The notes beneath the pieces were generated by a model. It searched no databases and had not been told where the DNA came from. It saw nothing but the letters and a program-made list of their open reading frames with translations. DNA of 62,226 nt, filler included, from Chiloscyllium plagiosum (taxonomy: Eukaryota): NCBI RefSeq assembly GCF_004010195.1. It is 4 parts of one record of this genome, joined end to end, with 100 filler letters (N's around TTAATTAATTAA, not from the genome) between each part and the next. Parts side by side here need not be neighbours in the genome. Positions count along the whole stretch, not along the records: positions 46,194 to 56,181 come from NC_057713.1; positions 56,282 to 62,226 come from NC_057713.1; 2 more parts are not named here. The stretch is one strand, 5' to 3'. How positions within the stretch are numbered: position 1 is the stretch's first letter; each line of letters begins with the position of its first letter. This document shows positions 51,790 through 62,226 of this stretch, piece by piece. Both the position numbers and the translations under genes were made by a program.

Positions 51790-52140
51790 AATAACTACAG
51801 TGTGGAAGCAGACCATTCAGCCCATTGAGTCCACACCAACCCTCTGAAAAGTATCCCATATACACCTACCCCATCTACCTTATCCATGTAACCCTACATT
51901 CACCATAGTTAATCCACTTGGCCTGCACATCCCTTTCAGTATGGGTAATTTCCCGTGGCTAATCCACCCTAACCTGCACATCTTTGGACTGTTGGAGGAA
52001 ACTGGAGCACCCGGAGGAAACCCACGCAGACACGGGGAGAATGTGCAAACTCCACACAGGGAGTGACCCAGGGCTGGAATCGAACCCAGTCCCTGGCGCC
52101 GTGAGGCAGCAGTGCTAACCACTGAGCCACCATGCCGCCC
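51790..52140 (-). mobile_element. Full-length HE1-type SINE
   Basis: gggcggcatggtggctcagtggttagcac head, V-core and tail. Confidence 0.9.
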
Positions 52141-53061
52141 CTCAATGACAGCTCAAAGAACATCAAAGAAGAGGAGATGGAGCAGCCATCTGTGGCTTCA
52201 GATAAAGAGGAAGGAGAGTCTAACAGAGGAGCTGGGGAACAAATGCTAAGAATGAGGATGCTGAAGAAATGAGGGCAGTAGTGAGAGAAGGCAGGCAGAC
52301 CCACAGGAATCTGATAGCAGAGAGATTTGAGAATGAATTGTTTTGCATGGACCTTTGTGGATACTATTAAATAATAGTGAATTGTAACACAGAGGAGTTT
52401 CCCATCTCAAGGGAGTGCTTGTTTTACAAATATGAATCATTACATTCATCTGTCATCAATTGTAAATGATTTGGTCACCTTGTGTACCAATTACCTCCAG
52501 TTCAATCTCCTCACCACAGCAGGAGAATGAAGTCCTACAGGCTTATATGGGGCTATGTGTGTGTTTTACGTAAGCTCAGTTTTACGAAGGAGTATTCATC
52601 TATCATTGGGATGTGGAAGAACCGAATTCTGCTGAATGACTGCCAAATCCCAACCACCTCTCACTTTCCAGAGGGTGTGTTGATCCCAACAGAGAGCAGG
52701 GGGATGTGCAGCTCAGGCTGAACATGATCAATGCCAGCAGCCAGTGTAGATGGTCCAAAAGGAAAACTTCAAGGCAAGTCTCTTCTCAGTTTGAAAGGAT
52801 ATTTAGTGTAAAGCACTGTCTTTGTTTCAAGTGCCACATTGTACAGAAGGTTAAGGTCCATGCTGCAATGTGACAACACTTCTGTTTACCTTTCCTTTAC
52901 CTTCACTCCACCTTGGTACCCGAACAGTTGCAGCTCAGCTTGTGGCTGCCTGATGACTGCTTCGTTGCCTTACCTCAGGCATCCTCCACAGTACCTGGGC
53001 ATAAAGGGATCAAACTGCCCAGAGACCTCCTCCAGACACTCTTCTGTAGCTCAGAACAGAA

Positions 53062-53503
53062 CAGATTTACCAGGATGTTGCCAGGTTTAGAGGGTTTGAG
53101 CTATAGGGAGAGGCTGAACAGGCTGGGGCTGTTTTCCCTGGAGCATCGGAGGCTGAGGGGTGACCTTATAGAGGTTTACAAAGGTCTTTTCTCTGGGTTG
53201 GGGGAGTCCAGAAACGAGAGGGCATAGATTTAGAGTGAGAGGAGAAAGATTTAAAAGGGACCTAAGGGACAACATTTTCATGTAGAGGATGGTGCGTGTA
53301 TGGAATGAGCTTCCAGAGGAAGTGGTGGAGGCTGGGACATTGCAACATTTAAGAGGCATTTGGATGAGTATATGAATAGGAAACGTTTGGAGGGATATGG
53401 GACAAGCGCTGGCAAATGGGACGAGATTAATTTAGGAAATCGGGCTAGCATGGACAAGTTGGAGCGAAGGGTCCATTTCCATGCCGTATATCTATAAGGC
53501 TCA
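53062..53503 (+). mobile_element. CR1 LINE 3' fragment
   Basis: RFTRMLPGLEGLSYRERLNRLGLFSLEHRRLRGDLIEVYK. Confidence 0.9.
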
Positions 53504-53761
53504 ATGACACTGATGGTGCTCGTATCCCTGGCAGAGAGGCTAAGGTGCAGCAGGATAGCTCTGGAGTGTCCTGAGCTGATAATTCCCTATTGGTGGACAA
53601 TGACCCTTCCCTCACGCCTTGAAGGGATAGAACATTTGGAAGAAAGTCATGTCCCTCTCTCTGAGCCAGTGAACAAAAGCACCAGTTGGCATGAAGGTTC
53701 CCATGTATATCCAGCAGATTCTGACTGTTCTGCTGGACCTGCAGCTCCTCAGCAGCAGTCA

Positions 53762-55464
53762 CAGACTCACTCGCGACAACACAACATCAGACAGAACATG
53801 GGCGGATTTACTCGCCAGAGCAAACGTCAGACAGAACGTGGGCAGATTCGCTCACTGGGGCACAACATCGGCCAGAATGTGGGCAAACTCACTCACTGGG
53901 GCATAACATCAGACAGAATGTGGGCAGATTCACTCACTGGAGCATAACATCAGACAGAATGTGGGCAGATTCACTCACTGGAGCACAACATCAGACAGAA
54001 CGAGGGGAGATACACTCACTGGGGCATAACATCAGACAGAATGTGGGTAGACTCACTCACTGGGGCACAACATCAGACAGAACGTGGGCAGATTCACTCA
54101 CTGGAGCGCAATATCAGACAGAACGTGGGCAGATACACTCACTGGGGCACAACATCAGACAGAACGAGGGGAGATACACTCACTGGGGCACAACATCAGA
54201 CAGAACGTGGGCAAACTCACTCACTGGGGCACAACATCAGACAGAACGTGGGCAGATACACTCACTGGAGCACAACATTAGACAGAATGTGGGCAGATTC
54301 ACTCACTGGAGCACAACATCAGACAGAACGTGGGTAGACTCACTCACTGGGGCACAACATCAGACAGAACGTGGGCAGATTCACTCACTGGAGCGCAATA
54401 TCAGACAGAACGAGGGCAGATACACTCACTGGGGCACAACATCAGACAGAACGAGGGGAGATACACTCTCTGGGGCACAACATCAGACAGAACGTGGGTA
54501 GACTCACTCACTGGAGCGCAACATCAGACAGAACGTGGGTAGACTCACTCACTGGGGCACAATATCAGACAGAACATGGGCAGATGCACTCACTGGGGCA
54601 CAACATCAGACAGAGCGAGGGCAGATGCACTCACTGGGGCACAACATCAGACAGACCGTGGGCAGATGCACTCACTGGGGCATAACATCAGACAGAACGA
54701 GGGCAGATACACTCACTGGGGCACAACATCAGACAGAACGTGGGTAGACTCACTCACTGGGGCACAACATCAGACAGAACGTGGGTAGACTTACTCACTG
54801 GGGCACAATATCAGACAGAACATGGGCAGATGCACTCACTGGGGCACAACATCAGACAGACCGTGGGTAGACTCACTCACTGGGGCACAACATCAGACAG
54901 AACATGGGCAGATGCACTCACTGGGGCACAACATCAGAAGAACGTGGGTAGACTTACTCACTGGGGCACAATATCAGACAGAACATGGGCAGATGCACTC
55001 ACTGGGGCACAACATCAGACAGACCGTGGGCAGATGCACTCACTGGGGCACAACATCAGACAGACCGTGGGTAGACTCACTCACTGGGGCACAATATCAG
55101 ACAGAACATGGGCAGATGCACTCACTGGGGCACAACATCAGACAGAACGTGGGTAGACTCACTCACTGGGGCACAATATCAGACAGAACATGGGCAGATG
55201 CACTCACTGGGGCACAACATCAGACAGACCGTGGGCAGATGCACTCACTGGGGCATAACATCTGACAGAACGAGGGCAGATACACTCACTGGGGCACAAC
55301 ATCAGACAGAACGTGGGTAGACTCACTCACTGGGGCACAACATCAGACAGACCGTGGGCAGATGCACTCACTGGAGCACAACATCAGACAGACCGTGGGC
55401 AGACTAATTCACTGGAGCACAATATCAGACAAAACGTGGGCAGACTCACTCACTGGAGCACAAT
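53762..55464. repeat. 41-bp minisatellite (cactggggcacaacatcagacagaacgtgggcagattcact) x ~41
   Basis: Directly visible. Explains all the repetitive ORFs at 53504-55666. Confidence 0.97.
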
Positions 55465-55798
55465 GTGGTCAGTTTCTGCTTTGTGCTCCAGGATTGTCCG
55501 AACCTCTGCCAGACCTTGCACCGCTTACCTCTGTCAGTTCCTTCATGGTCAAATCAAGAGGTGCCTCACCTCCATTTTATTTAGCAGGGGCCTGTTTTCA
55601 AACAGTCCTTGGAGTGTCAGAAACTGTTTGTTCCCCTCTCCAGCTACTGCTTCCTCCCAGACCTGAGTGTGCTATAGCCACATTAGTCACTGAGGGGCTT
55701 GTGGAGGATGAGGTGGAATATCTTGATGGTGCTTCTTTTAAGGGTCCCAACTGTTACTTTTCAGAGGAATATGTTCGATGAGTCTGAGAAAAACAGGC
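55465..55798 (-). pseudogene. 5' part of an exon (QVWEEAVAGEGNKQFLTLQGLF...HIVLQ*VSL) that runs into the minisatellite and resumes below 53762
   Basis: Acceptor cattttattccttag|. Unique sequence with several stops and frameshifts. Confidence 0.5.
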
Positions 55799-55861
55799 CT
55801 AAGGAATAAAATGCTTCACTTTTTTTGTTCTAGTACGTGCCTGAACTTTGAGACTACAACA

Positions 55862-56480
55862 GTACCCTTCCACCGACACTCTCATTCGCTTGGCCGAACT
55901 GGTCCTTACCCTTAACAGTTTCTCCTTCGAATTCTCCCACTTCCTCCAGACCAAAAGGGCACACGTATGGGTCCCAGCTATGCCTGTCTCTTTGTTGGCT
56001 ACATAGAACAGTCCATCTTCCGTAATTACACCAACTCTTCCTCCGCTACATTGATGACTGCATTGGCGCCACCTCGTGCTCCCGCGAGGAGGTTGAGCAA
56101 TTCATCAACTTCACCAACACATTCCACCCTGACCTTAAATTTAACTGGACCATCTCTGACACCTCCCTCCCCCTCCTGGACNNNNNNNNNNNNNNNNNNN
56201 NNNNNNNNNNNNNNNNNNNNNNNNNTTAATTAATTAANNNNNNNNNNNNNNNNNNNNNNNNNNNNNNNNNNNNNNNNNNNNAACGGAGGGAGTGGAGGGC
56301 TGCGCGTACCGAGGGTGAGAGGTTGGAGTGGGTAAGAGGGGTGGGGGAGTTCAGGTGGCGGTTAATATCGCGGCGGCAGTTGGCTATGAAGAGGTCGAGG
56401 GCAGATAGGAGGTCAGCACGGGGTGTCCAGGTGGATGGGGTGTGTTGGAGGCGGGAGAAGGGGTCGTCAGAGGGTGGGCT
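55862..56480. mobile_element. Penelope fragments on both sides of a gap (+ RT, then - strand N-terminal part)
   Basis: MGPSYACLFVGYIEQ and LRYIDDC on +. SALDLFIANCRRDI...SNLS....ALHSLR on -. Confidence 0.85.
56182..56281. other. Scaffold gap with artificial spacer
   Basis: 44N-TTAATTAATTAA-44N. Confidence 0.97.
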
Positions 56481-56896
56481 AATGCACCTAGCCAATCCAA
56501 CTAACCTGCACAGATTTTAAGTATGAGTTACAGAGTTTGAAGAGGAGATGTGTGGAGATAAACAAGCAATAAAGAGTAAGAACAAATGGTTGAAGTCCAC
56601 ACAGCAACAGTGAGGTGCATGGAGGCAGAGATGGACAAAAGACCAGAACTGGACAATCAGAGGCTGTGGCTGGTCACAACTTTTAAAAAAAGAAATAGGC
56701 TGAGGCAATGACAAGAATTGCAAAGTCAGAGGCTGGCAGTTTTATGTAGGTGGAAATGTTATTGTATCAAATCATCAGTTCCAAGTCAAATATGATGCTG
56801 AAGTTATACAACATTATGGTACATTATAAAAACAAAACAAGTACTATTGTAGTTCATAAATCTGATGTTACAGATTTCCTGTTTGAAACAAACTAC

Positions 56897-57030
56897 CAAG
56901 TTGTAGGCCTGGAATTTGCTCCTGGGTCAGGAGTGCAGAGTCAGGATATTTTTCAGCTCCACCATCACAATCTGGCTGAGATGGGATTTTCCAGGGTGGT
57001 GGAGTTCTCTCTGAGTCGAGCTGGGTGATG
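56897..57030 (-). pseudogene. Possible upstream exon remnant (HLSQIVMVELKNILTLH / QEQIPGLQL)
   Basis: Acceptor tctctctgtgtactgtag|, donor TTG|gtagtt. Weak similarity to the recalled KIAA0825 N-terminus. Confidence 0.35.
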
Positions 57031-57094
57031 CTACAGTACACAGAGAGACTGCTGGGTGTGGTGCCTTAATGTTCTGTTTGAAGTTTTAAGCAAA

Positions 57095-57995
57095 GCAAAG
57101 AACAAAGAACAGCACAGGTGAAGGCCCTTTGGCCCACCAAGACTGCACTGATACATGGTGCCTTTCTAAAACAAAAATCCTTTTGCCTCCACGTAGCCCA
57201 TTTCCCTCTATTCCCTGCCTATTCAAGTATCTGTCAAGATGCCTCTTAAACGTTGCTATTGTATCCGCCTTAACTGCCTCCTCTGCGACATACCATCCTC
57301 TGTGTAAAACACTTGCCTCTCAGATCTCCTTTAAACTTGCTCCTTTTACCATAAACCTATATCCCTTAATAACTGACATTTCTACCTTGGAAAAAAGACT
57401 CTGACTATCCATTCGATCAATGTCTCTCATCTATCAGGTCACCTTAGCCTCTGAGGTTCAAATGAAAACAAACCACGTTTGTCCAATCTCTCCTCATAGC
57501 TAATACCCTCCAAACCAGGCAACATCCTGGTAAATATTTTCTGTACACACTCCAAAGTTTCCACATCCTTCTGGTAGTATGGTGACCAGAACAGTACATA
57601 ATATTCCAAATGTGGACAAACTAAAGTTCGACATAGCTGCAACACGACTTGCCAGTTTTTATACTCCATGCCCTGACTGATGAAGGTTACCATGCCATAT
57701 GCCTTCTTGACCATCTTATCCACTTGTGTTGTCACTTTCAGGGAACTGTGGTCCAGTACGCTTAGATCCCTCTATATGTTAATGCTTCTAAGGGATCTGC
57801 CATTTACTGTATAATTCCTTCCTGCACTAGATCTTGCAAAATGTATCAGTTCACATTTGTCTAGATTAAACTCCAACGGCCATTTCTAACATCCAAGTCT
57901 CCAGTCTATATCCTGCTGTATCCTCTGACAACCCTCCTCACTATCTGTAGCTCCCCCCATCTTTATCATCTACAAATTTACTCATTAGGCCACCT
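57095..57995 (-). mobile_element. CR1 LINE fragment
   Basis: QVDKMVKKAYGM...TLVCPHLEY..FWSPYYQKD. Confidence 0.88.
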
Positions 57996-59031
57996 ATCCA
58001 AGGGATACTTCAACGTTCTGAAAGGGTACATTGGCTATCCACATTAAACCACAAAGTTCCGACCTACTTCTATCAACTATAAGCTAAGCACTTAATGTTT
58101 CTGACACCCAGGCCACCAGACTTACACAGGATTTGAGGCAGTTGTCATGTGTAACACACATGAAAAGTCATCCATCCCCATAGAAATATTAGATGCTGTT
58201 TGAGAGAAGGGGTGCAGGGCTTCAGATTTCCAGGCTTGTTTGCCATTACCTAAAGGACAGAGAGGCTCTCAGTTCCGTGAAAATCCAGAACAAATAGTCT
58301 CTGCACTGATTTCAGTCTTAGATCCACAATAAAATTGATGCAATAGGGTTTCATTATTTTATGAAGAGAAAATTAGTCTTGCTGCGAACGACTCATCATT
58401 GTAAAAATTGTGTAACATCAGTAAAACCTGCAATTTTCTGTATTCACGTGTGGATCTATCAGTATTAAGCCGTGATTAGCTGGAAACCGCTTCTTCAAAA
58501 TAATGACCAGCACAGAAGAGAAAAAGGAAACTTGTTAAAATTTATTTGAATCATTAAGAGCCATCTTCTTTACATTAGCAAAAATTTAAATTCATAGTTG
58601 TTCAGTTTGATGAAATGCCTCCAGCATCTCTAGTCCCCAATTTAGGTTCTCAAGAGAATTTTATTATATCACCAGCACACATTGATTAAATAATCTGCCT
58701 TATCTCCTCAGTAAGTACACTTCTTTTATCTCTCTAAACAGACAATTTGGTCCGGAGATACAGTTGATATACAAAACAAATAAACCATAGGCATGTAGAT
58801 GATTTAAAAATTTCATTAATGAGGTACTGTTTTCCCATTAATGACTAGGTTTTATTCCCTCTAGCTATGGCTCCTTCTTGAATGTTTCCTTGCTGAAAAA
58901 CACTAATTTCCTCAAATGTTCCTCTAGACAGGATCAAAACCTTTTTGCATGGGGAGGGTGTATATTTGGGCAGGAGGGGTTTGCTGTGTGTATTTCAGAT
59001 ATACAAGACTTACTACAGTAAATTCAGATCT

Positions 59032-59254
59032 GCTGAAAATGTGTTGCTGGAAAAGCGCAGCAGGTCAGGCAGCATCCAGGGAACAGGAGAATCGACGTTT
59101 CGGGCATAAGCCCTTCCTCAGGATTCCTGAGGAAGGGCTTATGCCCGAAACGTCGATTCTCCTGTTCCCTGGATGCTGCCTGACCTGCTGCGCTTTTCCA
59201 GCAACACATTTTCAGCTCTGATCTCCAGCATCTGCAGACCTCACTTTCTCCTCA
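59032..59254. mobile_element. Penelope-derived element with a perfect 92-bp-arm palindrome and 14-bp TSD
   Basis: Arms 59032-59123 and 59125-59216. taaattcagatctg at 59019-59032 and 59255-59268. Confidence 0.92.
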
Positions 59255-59534
59255 TAAATTCAGATCTGGGCAACTCAAAACTGGACATTCATGAGGCACT
59301 GCGTGAGTTCATTAGAGTGGACTTGCATTCAACCATAATTTGCAACCTCACTTTCTGCATATCCTTCACTTTATTATTACCATCAAACTGGGAGATCAGC
59401 TCTGGTTCAATGGAAACTGCAGGAGGGTGTGTCAGTAGCATATCTAAAAGTGAGGTATTGCCCTGATGAAGCAACAATGCCAAACAGAGGAAAGAGCATG
59501 AAATAGACAGGGTTAAGTGATTCCACAACAAATG

Positions 59535-61750
59535 GATTAGATCTCCCACCCTTACAGCCAGTGAGTTCCAGATTCCCACCACCCTCTGGGTGAAAAATGT
59601 TTTGCTCACATCCCCTCTGAACCTTATACCCCAGACCTTAAATCTGTGTCCCTCTGATTAATGAACCCTCCATGAAGGGAAAGTTTCTTCCTGTCTACCC
59701 TATGTACCTTATAATTTTATTCATCTCTATCATGTCCCTTCTCAACCCTCTCTGCTCTCAGGAAAACAATACCCATCCGTCCAATCTCCATAACTGAAAC
59801 TCTCCAGCCAGGCACTATCCTGGCAAATCTCCCTTTGCACTCTCTCCAGTGCTATTACATCCTTTCTATAAAAGGTGGACTCCAGACTGCTCACAATACT
59901 CTAGCTGTGACCTAACCAATATATTATACAGATCCAGCATCACCTTCCTGCTCTTAAACTCTAATAAAGGCAAAGACACCATATGTTTCCTTAACGACAT
60001 TATCCACCAACCCTAAAAGCTTAAGGGACTAGTGGACATAACACTCCAAGATACCTCTGATCCTTGGAGCTTCCCAGGATGCTACCTTTCATTATGTACT
60101 CCCTTGCCTTGTTTGTCTTGCCTGAATGCATCATCTCACATTTATCTGCATCAAATTCCATTTGCTTCTGATTAGCTGTCTATATCATCTCGTAGTCTAA
60201 AGCAATCCTCCTCACTATTTACCACCAATTTTTGTATTGTCTGCAAATATAATGATTAGCCCTTCAACATTCAAGACTAACAGATTTATACAAACCACAA
60301 AACGCAAGTTCCTCAGCACTGTGAGACCCCACTGGAAGCAGACTTCCATTTGGAGAACAACCCTTGACCATCACCCTCTGCTTCCTGCCATGCATCCAAT
60401 TCTGGATCCAATTTGCCAAATTCCCTTGGATTACATGGGCTTTTACCTTTGCTATCAGTCTCTCATGTTTGACCTTATCAAATGACTTGCTGAGGTCCAA
60501 GCAGACTACATCAAAAGCATTGCTAATGCTTGGTCACCTCTTCAAAAAATTCAAACAAGTTGGTCAGATATGACTTCCCCTTAAAATCACACTGACTGTT
60601 CTTTGCTAATTCCTAGACAAAAATAGAAATTGCTGGGAAAAGCCACATGTCTACCAGCTTCTATGGAGAGAAATCAGAGTTAACATTTTGGGTCGAATGA
60701 TCCTTCCTCTGAACTAATGGTCACTAGGAACATGTCAGTTTATATGCTAAAGATAGAATGGGGGAAGGGGTATGGAGTAAATGATAGGTGGGGGTAGAGC
60801 CCAAAGAGAGAAAAGAACAGTTAGACAGACAAAGGAGAGGATAACAATCTGGCTGGGAGGGTGAATAGCTATTAATGGGATCTGTTAGTGGCTAACTATG
60901 GGTTGTGTGTAATAGCAAACCTTCTTGTATAGGTCCCAATGCCGCCAAAAACAGCTTCAATGTCCCAAAAACCTAAAGCCCTCCCTCCTGCCCCATCTCT
61001 CCAGCTACAAATTCATCTAGACTAACCTCCTATTTCTATAATCACTCTCATGTGGCACTGGAAGTAATCCAAAGATTATCATCTTTTCGGTCCTGTTCTT
61101 TAATCTACTCCTAGGCCCCTTAATGCTGTTTGTAGGACCTATTTCCTACTTTATGTCATTGGTACCAAAATGTACCATGATTGCTGTCTGTTCTCTCTAC
61201 CCTTTCAGAATGCCCAGGAATATTCTTGACCCTGACACCAGGGAGGCAACACACCATTATGGAGTCTCTCTTGCAGCCTCAGACACACTCGCCTGTTCTC
61301 CTTACAATTGAATCATTTACCATTGCAGACCTGGCGCTCTTCTTCCTCCAACCTTCTGTAGCACTCCCACCCACAATGCCATGAATTTGACTCCCACTGT
61401 TTTCCTCTGCATAGCCATCTCCCCCAACAGTATCCAAAAGAATATCTGTTAGAAAGGGGTGATGGGCACAGGGGCTCCTGCACTACCTGCCTTTCTCTGC
61501 TCTGACTCATGGTCACCGTGCTCTTTCTCCTGGTCAATCTGCACCAGTGGTGGAAAGTGCTTCCCATCACATGCTTAGCATTATGGATGCTCCACAGTGA
61601 ATTCACCTTCAGATCTGGAATGTAGTTCACAAGTAGGTGCAGCTGCACATACTTCTTGCACAACTGCAGTTTCCATGATTTGCCACATAGTACAAGGGGA
61701 CCATGCCACAGGTGAGAGCTTTGCTGCCATGACTTATTTTTAGCTCCCAA
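59535..61750 (-). mobile_element. Degraded CR1 (ORF2 RT and ORF1) fragments with an inserted Penelope-type terminal fragment (~60615-60920)
   Basis: DLSKSFDKVKHERL...WIQNWM.GRKQRV and PLSNRY (ORF1) motifs. Confidence 0.78.
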
Positions 61751-61772
61751 CTAACTCTCCTTTTCTCAACAG

Positions 61773-62226
61773 TTAAATGCGTGGCTACAGGGATGGTGCA
61801 GGAGGGAGGGATTCCGGTATTTGGATAACTGGGGTTCTTTCTGGGGAAGGTGGGACCTCTATAAACAGGATGGTCTGCACCTGAAACTGAGTGGCACCAG
61901 TATCCTTGGTGGGAGGTTTGCTAGTGCTCTTGGGGGGTGTTTAAACTAACTCTGCAGGGGCATGGGAACCCAGACTGTAGCTTTAGGGTGCAGGACCTGG
62001 AGTGTAGGGAGGTTAGGAACATGGCATCAATTTCAAAGGAGGGTGCCTGTAAACAGGAAAGTGGCTTGAAGTGTGTATACTTCAATGCAAGAAATAAGGT
62101 AGGTGAACTTGCAGCGTGGGTTGGTACCTGGGACTTCGATGTTATGGCTATTACGGAGACATGGCTAGAACAGGAACAGGATTGGCTGTTGCAGGTTCCA
62201 GGATTTAAATGTTTTAGTAGGGACAG
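61773..62226 (+). mobile_element. CR1 LINE: end of ORF1 (SGNH esterase) and start of ORF2 (APE endonuclease), continuing beyond the window
   Basis: LNAWLQGWCRREGFRYLDNWGSFWGRWDLYKQDGLHL...CLN* (stop ends 61949), then LKCVYFNAR..VGEL....DVMAITETWL....LQVPGF. Confidence 0.9.

Larger units (their letters stand above)
20054..57030 (-). pseudogene. Multi-exon KIAA0825-like (DUF4495 family) gene, disrupted by stops and frameshifts
   Basis: About 12 exon-like unique islands with AG/GT signals, all on the minus strand. Several splice phases are compatible. Translations are collinear with recalled human KIAA0825 motifs (see finding). Homology not verified by search. Confidence 0.6.

Noticed and set aside
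53762..55464. CRISPR-like array or repetitive protein (THWGTTSDRT repeats)
   Set aside because: Units are contiguous with no unique spacers, no cas genes are present and the context is eukaryotic. The 41-bp period cycles through frames, so the ORFs are artefacts.
58949..59221. Mirror-image ORFs on both strands encoding the same peptide
   Set aside because: A trivial consequence of the DNA palindrome.

Overview
Repeat-rich vertebrate genomic DNA, most likely a shark or other elasmobranch. This is inferred from HE1/V-SINEs, SacSINE-type SINEs, HER/CR1 LINEs and abundant Penelope elements. There are three 100-nt scaffold gaps. Nearly all ORFs in the track are retroelement fragments or repeat artefacts. 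Gene content: (1) the terminal coding exon and 3' UTR of an unidentified + strand gene (1401-1592, ending ...FLSRSFYW*). (2) A convergent multi-exon - strand gene (~57030 down to ~20054) that I reconstructed by hand from splice signals. Its exon translations align collinearly, by eye and from memory, with KIAA0825 (DUF4495 family), but they carry many stops and frameshifts, so it is probably a decayed distant paralog. One exon appears to have seeded a 1.7-kb 41-bp minisatellite. The most striking non-coding structure is a set of short Penelope-derived elements from several families carrying minimal hammerhead-ribozyme cores (CTGANGA-stem-GAAA-palindrome). They occur as ~127-bp monomers with 14-15-bp target-site duplications, as a perfect 92-bp-arm palindrome, and as tandem or nested arrays. 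No database searches were run, so homology calls and many repeat boundaries are approximate.
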